Translations under genes and position numbers: made by a program | Assembly: GCA_048885525.1 (NCBI GenBank) | Contig: JBHLLP010000005.1 | Coordinates: forward strand, 7,982 to 71,981 | Source: Candidatus Hermodarchaeota archaeon | GTDB lineage: Archaea; Asgardarchaeota; Lokiarchaeia; Sigyniarchaeales; SOKP01 | Direction of reading: 5' to 3' | DNA length: 64,000 bases | The notes under the pieces: model-generated | Databases searched by the model: none | What the model saw: only the letters and a program-made list of their open reading frames with translations | What the model was told of the DNA's origin: nothing | Shown here: one piece after another, positions 48,201 to 58,500 of the stretch | Layout: each line of letters begins with the position of its first letter | Numbering within the stretch: position 1 is the stretch's first letter

Positions 48201-49454
48201 TTAAAATATTACTTTCTCTGGATATGTAATTTCTAATAAGCTAAGAGCTTTTCTAGCGATTTCATAAGTAATTGCACCATCAGTATCTTGATCTTTATAA
48301 GCTGCTCTTATTTTAGGGAGAAGATATTCTGGAAATATAATCAATGGTTTAATATCAGTTAATAGACATATCCATTTTCTGTCAGTCTCATCTGTAACTT
48401 CTGTAATTATATTTAATTTCTTTAGATCTTCTAATAAAATCTCAGTTACAGCGAACTCGGAAAAAATTTTTGGAATTTTATCCATTGGATAATGATTATG
48501 TCTCATTAAGACAAAAAAATCATAAACATCAGGATTGAGAAGAATTGATGCCAATTTTTTCGTATCTTCAATTGGTTGAGTATAAGGATCGTAATTTGAA
48601 AAGAAATCAACAACTTTTTGTCTATATAAAGGTAATAATTCATTTTTAGTCTCTTTAAAGTGGTTTAATAAGTTTTCATTTGGAACACGAGCAAACATTA
48701 AATCTTTAACTAGAAATAGATATTCTCCTTGATGGGTTAGTGTACCTGTTTTTTTGTCTTTTTCACCTTTTATCCAATCCCGACGTATAATATTTAACTC
48801 TAAAAAAGGTTGTAAGAGGATATCTACATTTACATTAGATGACATCTTTTCTAATATTGCCTTCATTTCCTTCTTTGAGATTGGTCTTTCTCTCAAAAGT
48901 TCTAAAATTTTCAAACGTTCATTACTATTATAGATCAAAGCGACTTTCTGAAGTTTATCTAAGTTTGATAAACGGTCCACTTGAAAAATAGTAAACTTTA
49001 ATTCATTTTTTAACCTGATATTAATATTCTCGATAAGAGAAAGTTGTTTCGAATTCCTTGCTCTTGTTAATTTATCAAAAATGACATCTAATCTTTTTCC
49101 CATTTCTTTAATTAGAGCTTCAAAAATGTCAATTTCATCATCTAATTCGAATACTGAGATGGCCAAATACTGCGTTCCATCAGCGACTTGTTTAAAATAA
49201 GATAATATCTGATAAGGAGTGTCTTTTGATCTTCCCTCATAAAAATTACTATAACTATACTTGACTCCAAAAAGTCCTGTAGTGTGCTGATAAAAAATCG
49301 CAAAAATATCATTTTGAGAAATTAATTCTGAAAAATGATCCTCATCATACTCATCTTCCCGGAAGATTAATTGAATTGGTTCAAACTCTGGTTCTATTTC
49401 ACCACTTTCTTTTTGATTAATCTTGAACTGAAATGTTAAAATACCTTGGATCAA
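48201..49454 (-). CDS. Hypothetical protein: N-terminal alpha/beta domain, central ArsR-like wHTH, C-terminal domain; co-oriented with 45960..48167
   Basis: NERLKILELLRERPISKKEMKAILEK. No family recognised. There is a 33-nt gap to the downstream gene. Confidence 0.5.
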   Translation of the reverse strand: MIQGILTFQFKINQKESGEIEPEFEPIQLIFREDEYDEDHFSELISQNDIFAIFYQHTTGLFGVKYSYSNFYEGRSKDTPYQILSYFKQVADGTQYLAISVFELDDEIDIFEALIKEMGKRLDVIFDKLTRARNSKQLSLIENINIRLKNELKFTIFQVDRLSNLDKLQKVALIYNSNERLKILELLRERPISKKEMKAILEKMSSNVNVDILLQPFLELNIIRRDWIKGEKDKKTGTLTHQGEYLFLVKDLMFARVPNENLLNHFKETKNELLPLYRQKVVDFFSNYDPYTQPIEDTKKLASILLNPDVYDFFVLMRHNHYPMDKIPKIFSEFAVTEILLEDLKKLNIITEVTDETDRKWICLLTDIKPLIIFPEYLLPKIRAAYKDQDTDGAITYEIARKALSLLEITYPEKVIF

Positions 49455-49754
49455 TTATATCACTTTACAGATTTGATAAATAAGTTTTTTAAATTAATAT
49501 TATAATATTACTTCTTAAGTATTATTTATTATTATAGTTTAATTAAACTTTATTCAAATTAATTAAGATTAGACATTTAGTATTTCTAAATAATTGATAA
49601 TACGTTGTAATTTATATATTATGATATCCTAAAGAAAAACATCTAAGAATATATTTCAAAGGTTTTAAGATATATTGGCAAATTATTTATTAAATAATTT
49701 AGTATAATACCTTAACAAAAATTTTTTAATTAAAAGAGCAAAGAATACCTAATT

Positions 49755-52700
49755 ATGATTTTGAGAAATGGGAAAAAGAAGAGCTTTCTAATTTTTAGTT
49801 TTATTTTTTTAATTTCATTCTCATCTATTTTTATATTTTCTATAAATCAAAATACTAGTTCAATCTTAAACAAGAAATTTGGAGGATCTGAAAAGAATAA
49901 TCTAAAAAATCCTAAATTAGCAGCTCAAGAAACGCTTACGGCTGTATGGTTTGAAAACCCTACTTTTGAAGATCCAATAGGCCCAACTTGGTATCATTTA
50001 TATGGAGAATTAGGAGATAATTCAGATATAAAAGCAACTTCAGGTTCAGATCAAGCAAACTTTATAATAATAGGGGATAGCTATGAGGAACAGATCCTCC
50101 TTGATGATACAACTTACACAAATTGGGAAGCGTTCAATAAAACAGAGCTAGTTGTCGTTCCTCAACGCTCATCTGTTCCCTATTATGGGATTGATAGTGA
50201 TGGAGCTTGGTGCAGTCATCGTTGGGATGAAGGAGAGACTGGAGGGCAACCCAAAAATACTCCTGTTATGCATTGGAGAACAAATGTTAGTCTAAATGTC
50301 GACATGTCTGATTATATTATTACATCGGTAGATTTTAACGCAATAATTAATGGTAGCGTAGATATATATATTGATACGCCTGGTGATACACTGGCTAGAG
50401 CAGGAGTTTCCATCAATCAATATGAAACTTATGATTATGCTCAATTTTATGTTGAAATTACCACTTTAGATATTAATGAGCTAAATACTTACAGGATTGC
50501 CTTTAATCAAACAATCTGGTTAGGAAATGAAGCCCGTTTATTATATGATATAGAAGGATTAATAGGAGCTTATGAAGAACAAGCAATAATTAATGCGTTA
50601 AATAATGTCTTAGCAGTGGATCCAGGTCATAATAATTTCACAATTGTTTTGGGAATATATTTGTATTGTGAAGACAATAATTCGGGCACTGATCTCGACG
50701 ATTGGACTGAATTACGATTCAAATTTCTGAATTTGACGTTTTCTTATGAAAAAAAAATAGATCAATTTACTTCTGCCTCATGGAATCAGGATGGAGATAA
50801 AGTAAGTGATATTAGTAATGATACAATTATAATAAATGAAGCAAAACTTAATTTTAACTATAAAACGGATAGTAATTGGACTGATGCTTCTCCTAATTCT
50901 GAAATCAGAATTTTTATTAATAACAATAAACTCACAGAAACAATTAAACTAAGTACAGCTACCACAAGTTTTCAAATCGCTAAAATAGGTGGTTATGATG
51001 TCACTTCATTAATTCCATATAATGTTTTTATCAATTTTTCAATTCAAGTTTATTTAGCAGATGAATTTTCATTAAGTAAAAATATCACTTTTTCAATAGA
51101 TAATCTTTATCTCAATATTACATATACTGTACTATTTCCTGATTATCAGACAAATTTACAAATATTTTTCAACGGTGTGAACAAGACTTCTCTTCCATTT
51201 TATGATCATCCTGTAGGTAATGATTTAAATATAACTGTAAAGTATCCTGATGATACAGGTACTCATATTCCAGGAGCTGTAGTACAGTTATCTGGAAATC
51301 TCACAGGAACTTTACAAGAAGATCCATCGTATGAACAATATACTATTATTATAGACGCAAATGATTTTAATGCAGGTACTTACGATTTAAAAATTGTCGC
51401 GCATAAGGTAAATTATAAGCTAAGTACCATCAGCCGTGTTTTAACTGTAAGTCCAACTAGTTCGCAAGATCTTCAATTATTCTTAAATGGTGAAAATAAG
51501 ACTTTAGACCCTTCATTTGAAATTTCACTCGATAAATTATTAAATATCACAATAAAATACAATACTTTCTTAGGAACACCGGTAACAGGAGCTTCAGTAA
51601 CTTTATCTGGAGAAGGAATTTTAGAAAATCTGAATGAAAGCGTGAGTTTAAATCAATATTCTACAATCATAAATACTACATTAAATCTTAAATATGGGAC
51701 TAATCTCTTAGAAATTGAAGCAAAAAAATTAAATCATGAAACAAAATTTGAATATCCAAGGATAAATATAAGGAAAATTAATGCAATGATTACTCCTGTA
51801 AATAATACTAATACAATAAGTACTAAACCAGGAGGAGACGCTACAATACAAGTATATATAAATAACACAGATTTTAATGAAATAGTCAAAGGAGCATATG
51901 TTACTTATTCTTGGGATTTTGATGATGGCATTCTTTATGATCTTGATAATGATGGGATATATGAGGTGAATATAACAGATGTTCCTGCAGGAACTCATTC
52001 AATAAATATTAATGCTTTTGGAAGTGATAAATACAATTTTATCAGTCTTGAAATCATAATAGCTGCTGTAAAACCTATAGATTCATCGTTTCTCTTTCGA
52101 GCTTTATTAATAGCAGCAATTATTGTTTCCATTGGATTAACGAGTTATCTTTATGCATATCAAACATATCTAAAATATCCTAAACAAGTTAGAAAAATCC
52201 GAAAATATCGAAAAACTCTAAGAAAAGCAAAAGATCCACATATTCCTATTATAAAACGTAAAAAAGCATTTAATCGTTCATATCAAGAAGAATTGGATAA
52301 AACGTCAATAAATTTAAAAAGTAAACCAAAAGGAGAAAAAGAACTGCAGGAAAGGATGGTTAAAGAATCTCCAGAAAATTCTGGAGTCGAATTACCTAAT
52401 GGAACTATAAAACAAAGCACAAATTCTCATTTTACAAATAAAGATAAAACCAATAGAAAAAATAAAAATAGGACTCATCGAAAGTGGTTTAAGTTTAGTT
52501 TGAAAAAAAAGTGGGGAGGATCTCTTAATATTAAAAACAACAGAAAATTTCTTTATTTAATTTTTATTTTAGCAAGCTTAATTCTGTACTCCTTGATAAT
52601 CTGTCCATTTATTAGTCAAAATTCCACTATATTCTCCAATGATTCAGTTAACAATGTATTTAATGAAAATGTTGGCAAACTTGGAATTTCAGCTCAAGAG

Positions 52701-55250
52701 TCTTTTACAAAACAATGGCTTGATAATTATAACCTTACAACTCCAATAGAACCAACTTGGTTCCCTTCATATGGAGAATTAGGAGACAGTTCAGATGTAA
52801 AGGCAACTTCAGGTTCAGATCAAGCAAATTTTATAATAATAGGGGATACCTATGAGGAACAGGTCCTCCTTGATGATACAACTTTTTCGAACTGGGAAGC
52901 CTTCAATAAGTCTGAACTGGTCGTCGTTCCTCAACGCTCATCTGTCCCCTATTATGGAATTGATAGTGATGGAGCTTGGTGTAGTCATCGTTGGTGGGAA
53001 GGAGAGTCAGGGGGTCAACCTAAAAATACTCCTGTTATGCATTGGAGAACAAATGTGAGTCTATCAGTCGACATGTCTGATTATGTTATCACATCTGTAG
53101 ACTTCAATGCGATAATAAATGCTAGTGTAGATATGTATATTGATACTCCTGGTGATACTCTAGCTAGAGCAGGAGTTTCCATCAATCAATATGAGACTTA
53201 TGATTATGCCCGATTTTATGTTGAAATTACCACATTAGATGTTGATGAGTTAAATACTTACAGGATTGCCTTTAATCAAACACGATTATTAGGAAACGAA
53301 TTTCTTTCATTATATGATATAGAAGGATTTATAGGAGCTTATGAAGAAAAGGCGATAATTGATGCGTTAACTAATGTTTTAGCAGTAGATCCAGGTCATA
53401 ATAATTTCACCATTGTTTTAGGAATCTATTTATACTGTGAAGATAATAATTCTGGCACTGATCTTGACGATTGGACCGAATTACGTTTTAAATTTCTGAA
53501 TTTGACGTTTTCTTATGAAAAAAAAATAGATCAATTTACTTCCGTTTCATGGAATCAAGATGGAGATAAAATAAGTGATATTAGTAATTATACAGTGGTA
53601 GTTGATCAAGCATTCCTTAATTTCAAATATAAAATCAATGATACTTGGCCTAGCACATCACCAAATTCCGAAATTAGGGTTTTAATTAATGATAACTTAC
53701 ATCCTGAAACAGTAAAATTAACAACCGCTAATGCATCATTCCAATTAGCAAAAACAGGAGGTTTTGATGTAACTCCTCTAATTATAGAAGATGTGAACCT
53801 TTCAATTCAAGTATATGTTGCTGATGAATTTAGTTTAGATAGGAATATTGAAATTTCAATAGATGATGTTACACTAAATATATCTTATACAATAATACTT
53901 CCTGACGAGAAAACTGATCTGCATTTATTTTTAGATAATGTAAATAAAACTGACGATCCTGAGATTGATATATTTATTGGTGATTCTCTAAATGTTACGG
54001 TAAAATATCTTAATTCAACTGGAGAGCATATAACTAATGCTACAGTTCAACTATTAGGAAGTTTTGCTGGAGAATTAGAGGAAGATGATGGATTGGGACA
54101 ATATACTCGAATTATAAATACAGATATATCTGATGCTGGTACACATTTTTTAACAATTATTGCACGAGCAGAAGATCATGAAACACGGGAAATAATTTTT
54201 AGAGTAGATATTAATAAATTTGAGAGTGATAATTTACAAGTTCTATTAAATAATCAAAATCGCACTCAAGATCCTTATATTCAATTAACTGTAAGTCAGA
54301 TCTTAAATATAACTATTAAGTATACCAATCTTATAGGAACCCATATTTCAGGAGCAAATGTGCTACTCACATCTGAAACGTACTCTTCATATTTAAATGA
54401 AAGTATTAGTTTTGAACATTATTCAATAATTATTAATACAACTGAAAGATTAAAAATTGGAGCAAATTATTTAACAATTGAAGCACAAGCACCAACATTT
54501 CAAACCCAATTCCTAGATATAACAATCTCTATTAGAAAGATTAATCTTGATATTATAACTATAACTGGTTCAAATTCTATAGAGGCTAAAAAAGGAGACA
54601 ATATCAGGTTACAGGTAAGATTAAATAATACAGATTTTGGTGGATTTGTAAAGGGGGCATTTTTAACATATACATGGCAAGAGGGAGATGGCATTCTTAC
54701 TGATGATAACAATGATGGGATTTATGAAGCTACGATCTCAAATTTTCCAGAGGGTACATATTCAATAGAATTATTCGCATTTGTGGGTGATGATTATAAT
54801 ATTGATATGTATCAAATTTTTGTATCAGCAACGAGTGAAGAGGAGGAGGAAAATATTATTTTTCCAATACTGTTTTCAATTTTTCTTGTATTAATATCTG
54901 GTTTAGCAATTTATCTTTATGCCTATCAAACATATTTAAAATATCCTAAACAAGTTAGAAAAGTTCGAAAATATAGAAAATCCCTAAATCGTAAGGAAGC
55001 TCCTAAAGTACAAATTATAGGCAGAGAGACTGCCTTCAAATCATACTATAACGAAAATTTAGGAAAGGATACTAGCAATTTAAAATTGAAACGCCATCCA
55101 GGAATAACAAAATCAATGGAACAAAAAATAAGTGTTGATAAAGCACCTGATAAATCTCTAGAAAAAAAAATGGACCAAGATCAATTAACTAGAAAAGTTA
55201 TTGAAAAGAAGGAAGAATTGGATGAATTAATTAAAGATTCTTCAAAATAA
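49755..55250 (+). CDS. Giant 4-TM surface protein made of two in-frame tandem paralogous modules. Each module is: signal anchor, conserved domain of about 330 aa, Ig-like repeats, TM helix, basic tail.
   Basis: Uninterrupted 1831-codon ORF. Hydrophobic segments lie at aa ~10-30, ~780-800, ~932-953 and ~1702-1725. There are many NxS/T sequons. Internal repeat offset is 2769 nt. Confidence 0.8.
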   Translation: MILRNGKKKSFLIFSFIFLISFSSIFIFSINQNTSSILNKKFGGSEKNNLKNPKLAAQETLTAVWFENPTFEDPIGPTWYHLYGELGDNSDIKATSGSDQANFIIIGDSYEEQILLDDTTYTNWEAFNKTELVVVPQRSSVPYYGIDSDGAWCSHRWDEGETGGQPKNTPVMHWRTNVSLNVDMSDYIITSVDFNAIINGSVDIYIDTPGDTLARAGVSINQYETYDYAQFYVEITTLDINELNTYRIAFNQTIWLGNEARLLYDIEGLIGAYEEQAIINALNNVLAVDPGHNNFTIVLGIYLYCEDNNSGTDLDDWTELRFKFLNLTFSYEKKIDQFTSASWNQDGDKVSDISNDTIIINEAKLNFNYKTDSNWTDASPNSEIRIFINNNKLTETIKLSTATTSFQIAKIGGYDVTSLIPYNVFINFSIQVYLADEFSLSKNITFSIDNLYLNITYTVLFPDYQTNLQIFFNGVNKTSLPFYDHPVGNDLNITVKYPDDTGTHIPGAVVQLSGNLTGTLQEDPSYEQYTIIIDANDFNAGTYDLKIVAHKVNYKLSTISRVLTVSPTSSQDLQLFLNGENKTLDPSFEISLDKLLNITIKYNTFLGTPVTGASVTLSGEGILENLNESVSLNQYSTIINTTLNLKYGTNLLEIEAKKLNHETKFEYPRINIRKINAMITPVNNTNTISTKPGGDATIQVYINNTDFNEIVKGAYVTYSWDFDDGILYDLDNDGIYEVNITDVPAGTHSININAFGSDKYNFISLEIIIAAVKPIDSSFLFRALLIAAIIVSIGLTSYLYAYQTYLKYPKQVRKIRKYRKTLRKAKDPHIPIIKRKKAFNRSYQEELDKTSINLKSKPKGEKELQERMVKESPENSGVELPNGTIKQSTNSHFTNKDKTNRKNKNRTHRKWFKFSLKKKWGGSLNIKNNRKFLYLIFILASLILYSLIICPFISQNSTIFSNDSVNNVFNENVGKLGISAQESFTKQWLDNYNLTTPIEPTWFPSYGELGDSSDVKATSGSDQANFIIIGDTYEEQVLLDDTTFSNWEAFNKSELVVVPQRSSVPYYGIDSDGAWCSHRWWEGESGGQPKNTPVMHWRTNVSLSVDMSDYVITSVDFNAIINASVDMYIDTPGDTLARAGVSINQYETYDYARFYVEITTLDVDELNTYRIAFNQTRLLGNEFLSLYDIEGFIGAYEEKAIIDALTNVLAVDPGHNNFTIVLGIYLYCEDNNSGTDLDDWTELRFKFLNLTFSYEKKIDQFTSVSWNQDGDKISDISNYTVVVDQAFLNFKYKINDTWPSTSPNSEIRVLINDNLHPETVKLTTANASFQLAKTGGFDVTPLIIEDVNLSIQVYVADEFSLDRNIEISIDDVTLNISYTIILPDEKTDLHLFLDNVNKTDDPEIDIFIGDSLNVTVKYLNSTGEHITNATVQLLGSFAGELEEDDGLGQYTRIINTDISDAGTHFLTIIARAEDHETREIIFRVDINKFESDNLQVLLNNQNRTQDPYIQLTVSQILNITIKYTNLIGTHISGANVLLTSETYSSYLNESISFEHYSIIINTTERLKIGANYLTIEAQAPTFQTQFLDITISIRKINLDIITITGSNSIEAKKGDNIRLQVRLNNTDFGGFVKGAFLTYTWQEGDGILTDDNNDGIYEATISNFPEGTYSIELFAFVGDDYNIDMYQIFVSATSEEEEENIIFPILFSIFLVLISGLAIYLYAYQTYLKYPKQVRKVRKYRKSLNRKEAPKVQIIGRETAFKSYYNENLGKDTSNLKLKRHPGITKSMEQKISVDKAPDKSLEKKMDQDQLTRKVIEKKEELDELIKDSSK
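49921..52328 (+). repeat. Tandem duplication unit 1 within the giant ORF
   Basis: Aligns codon-for-codon with 52690..55094. Very high identity over about the first 800 nt (GELGD.SD.KATSGSDQANFIIIGD...NLTFSYEKKIDQFTS) and again at the TM/tail. The Ig-like middle is much more diverged. Confidence 0.9.
52690..55094 (+). repeat. Tandem duplication unit 2 within the giant ORF
   Basis: See unit 1. The offset is 2769 nt at the N-terminal domain and 2766 nt at the tail. Confidence 0.9.
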
Positions 55251-55557
55251 ACTAAAATTTAATATCAGCTTTTTTAACTTAATTATTTTTATTTTTAAGC
55301 GAATTAGTAATGAAGCTAAAATAATAACTCAACTATTTTAAAATTTATATATCAAAAAAAGGGGTAATTTATCTTATATATAATAATGTCTTAAGTAACT
55401 TAAACGATAGGTAGAAAAAGCACTTATATACTGTTTAAACTTGTTTTTTGAAAGTGAATTATTTATTAGGAACTTTTACCCATTAACTTTAGTTAATAAT
55501 ATAAACCAAATTGAGTTTAAATAAATTATAAAAATCATCATATTTAGGCGAAAAATT

Positions 55558-58500
55558 TTGATTAAAAATAGAAGAATTAGACAAAGGTCAAGATCTATAG
55601 GATTATTATCTATTCTATTATGCATTTTTGTTAGTTTTGTTTTATTAAATTCTGATAGAGAACATATTTTATCTATGGAAAATAATGAGAACAATTTAGA
55701 GAATGTAATTCAAAATAATTTATTAAAAACTTCAAGCCTTTCTTTGAATAATATTTTTAGTGGAATTGGAGAACCGTGGAATGCAACCCATTATGCAAAT
55801 CGAACCGATTATAATTTACCAGTTAATTTTGGAAATGGTACATACGATACAGCAGAAATTCCATTAGGAATTGATTGGATTGGGTATCAATTAAATGCAT
55901 CAATAGACAATCTTTATGATACTAGAAATTGGAATAATGGTACGTTCGATTTTGGAGATGATGATGGAACGTATGCTGCGGCTGAGGATGATACAAGTGA
56001 TATAATAAATCCATATCAAAATTGGACCTTTAATTTACTAGACGGTGCTACAAATAATGATATGAGTGGAAATTATTTAGATAGCGGATATGGTCCATCT
56101 GATGGGCATAACTGTTTAGAATTAAGAATGGATGGAAACCCTAACGTATTAGTTGGATACCGAAACTATAATGAAAATGATAGATGTTGGTGGAATAGTA
56201 CGTTTGTTATCCCAAGGGGAACCATAATAAGCAGTACTTTAGAATTTGATGTTAATCCAAATTATTTAGCAAATTTTAACTCATGGGATTTTGGGATTTT
56301 AATTAATAGTCAACAAATTTATAGTATTGGTACTTATTCACTTAAACAGCTTGGTGAGGGATCTTGGCATAGTTTTAGTATTCCAAGTTCTGTTTGGATC
56401 AATCAGTCTAACGTTTTCAATTCACCAGTTAATGGGACTAGTATATCTATCGAATTTAGTTTAGAATATGTAGCAACATCCGCGAGTTATTCAAATGGAT
56501 TTACAAATATAGAATATCAACAAATATTTGTAGACAATATTAAATTAGTAAGTAAAGCAGAAGTAAAACCTAGTCAACTTCTATTGAAAATAAATAATAC
56601 CGATGTAAATGATGTAGATTGGGGAAAAGGCTACTTAGAACTAAAGGGTAATTGGCAATCTTCAAAAGTTTATGCTAATTTTAGCAGCGATGATACATGG
56701 AGTCTTAGTAATTTTGATATAGAATTAGACACAGATTTGAGTTTATATGCTCTTAAAAATATTCCTGAGACTAGCTATGAAACGAATATTTTTTCAGAAG
56801 GCGTAAAGTTTTCAGTTGAAAACAATAGTTTAGTTAGTTGGGAGAGTTATAGTTATTTTGCCGTTCCTACCGGGTATGAAGAGAGTACTATGAGGCTTGA
56901 ATTTCCAACAGATATAGATATAAAATGGGTATCTGAACCACAACAACCAAGTGTTAATAGACTAACTCAATGTGATAATTCTACAACGGGATTATTATTA
57001 ATTCCAGTAAACTCAATATCAACCACTCCTGATGGTTTCTGGAGATTTGAAGGTAAATCGCCTAATTATTGTGAAGAGTTGCAGATTTTTAAAAATACAA
57101 CCAGTATACCTACTGGAAATGATTGGATTCAGGAAACTGAATTTTTTAGTGGAGATTATATTAATATAACTACAAAAATAACAGATTCTTCTTTAGTTTC
57201 AAGTTATATTCAACAAACTAAAGCAAAACTGCAGATTAGATTTCCAAATGGTTCAATTTGGACAGAAGTATATCAATTACAATCTCCAGACTCGAATGGT
57301 AATGTAGATTTCAATTATTTTCAAATACCAAAAACACCACCAAATTATGAAGTTGGAGAATATGAAGCAATAATTACTTGGAATAACTCTTATTCAATAT
57401 TCGGATTAAATGAAACAGGTATTATAACAAAAAAGTTTACTGTAAAGCATTTCTCAACACTTACACCTGATCAGAGCTATTACGCTAATATTCTTGAGGG
57501 CGATACAATCAATCTTTTAGCATCTTTTACTGATAAAGAGAATGGAGATGCAATTGAGGATGCTTTAGTCTATATCGATAACTTCTTGGGAGGTAGAGAA
57601 TATTTTAATGAAATTAGTCCCGGATTTTATGTTTTATTAGACTTTAATACATCAGGAGGAGTTGCTGGTGATAACATACTTACTATATATGCAAATTCAT
57701 CTTTATATCAAAATAATACAAACCAGATAACTATAAATCTAGTACTCAAGACAACACTTACAGCTCAAGAATTTCCATATTTGCAAGTTTCGTGGAATGA
57801 AAATTTTACGATTCACTTGAATTACACGGAAACTACAACTGGAAATGGGATAATCACGTCTCCGACAAGTAATTGGCTAGGAGAATATTCTATAAATATG
57901 ACTTCACCAGGAATCTACAATATGGAGTTTAATAGTTCCTTATATGAAGTAAATAAAATCCATTCACTAATAATCAATGTAAACGAAGCTAACTATGAAT
58001 CTCAGAATGTTCTAATTAAAATCGAAATAATCGAAAGAGAAACATATATTGATAATGTTTTTCTTAATGGCATTGAAAAAGTAACAGATAAGAGTATAAC
58101 TCTTACTTCTGGACAACTTTTAAACATAACAATTAGTTATAAAGATCAAATTTCTGGTGATTTTCTAAGTGGGGCAACTGTTAGAGTTGTTGGTGGAGGA
58201 CTTTCTGAGTTTTTAAACGAGAGTTTAATTTATCCACAATATGAACTAGTATTTAATACATCACTTTTGGATGTTGGGGCCACATTTCTCACGGTCTCTG
58301 CGCAATTACAAAATTACAGCTCGTCAGCTATAGTATTGACACTTTATCTTGATGTTAGGGGAACTTCGATGGTTGTTTTATTAAATGGAGCTATATATCC
58401 AAATAATTATATAACTGTTGAAGTTACGGAAAAAATTAATATAACAGTCATCTATACCGATTTCATAAGTGGGTCTTATTTATATAACGCTACAATAGAA

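Noticed and set aside
49755-55250. The 1831-aa ORF as an assembly artefact, for example a collapsed or chimeric repeat.
   Set aside because: The two copies differ at roughly one position in ten even in the best-conserved part, and they diverge strongly in the middle. A simple mis-join of identical repeats is therefore unlikely. Confirmation by long reads is still needed, and this is listed as a check in the relevant finding.
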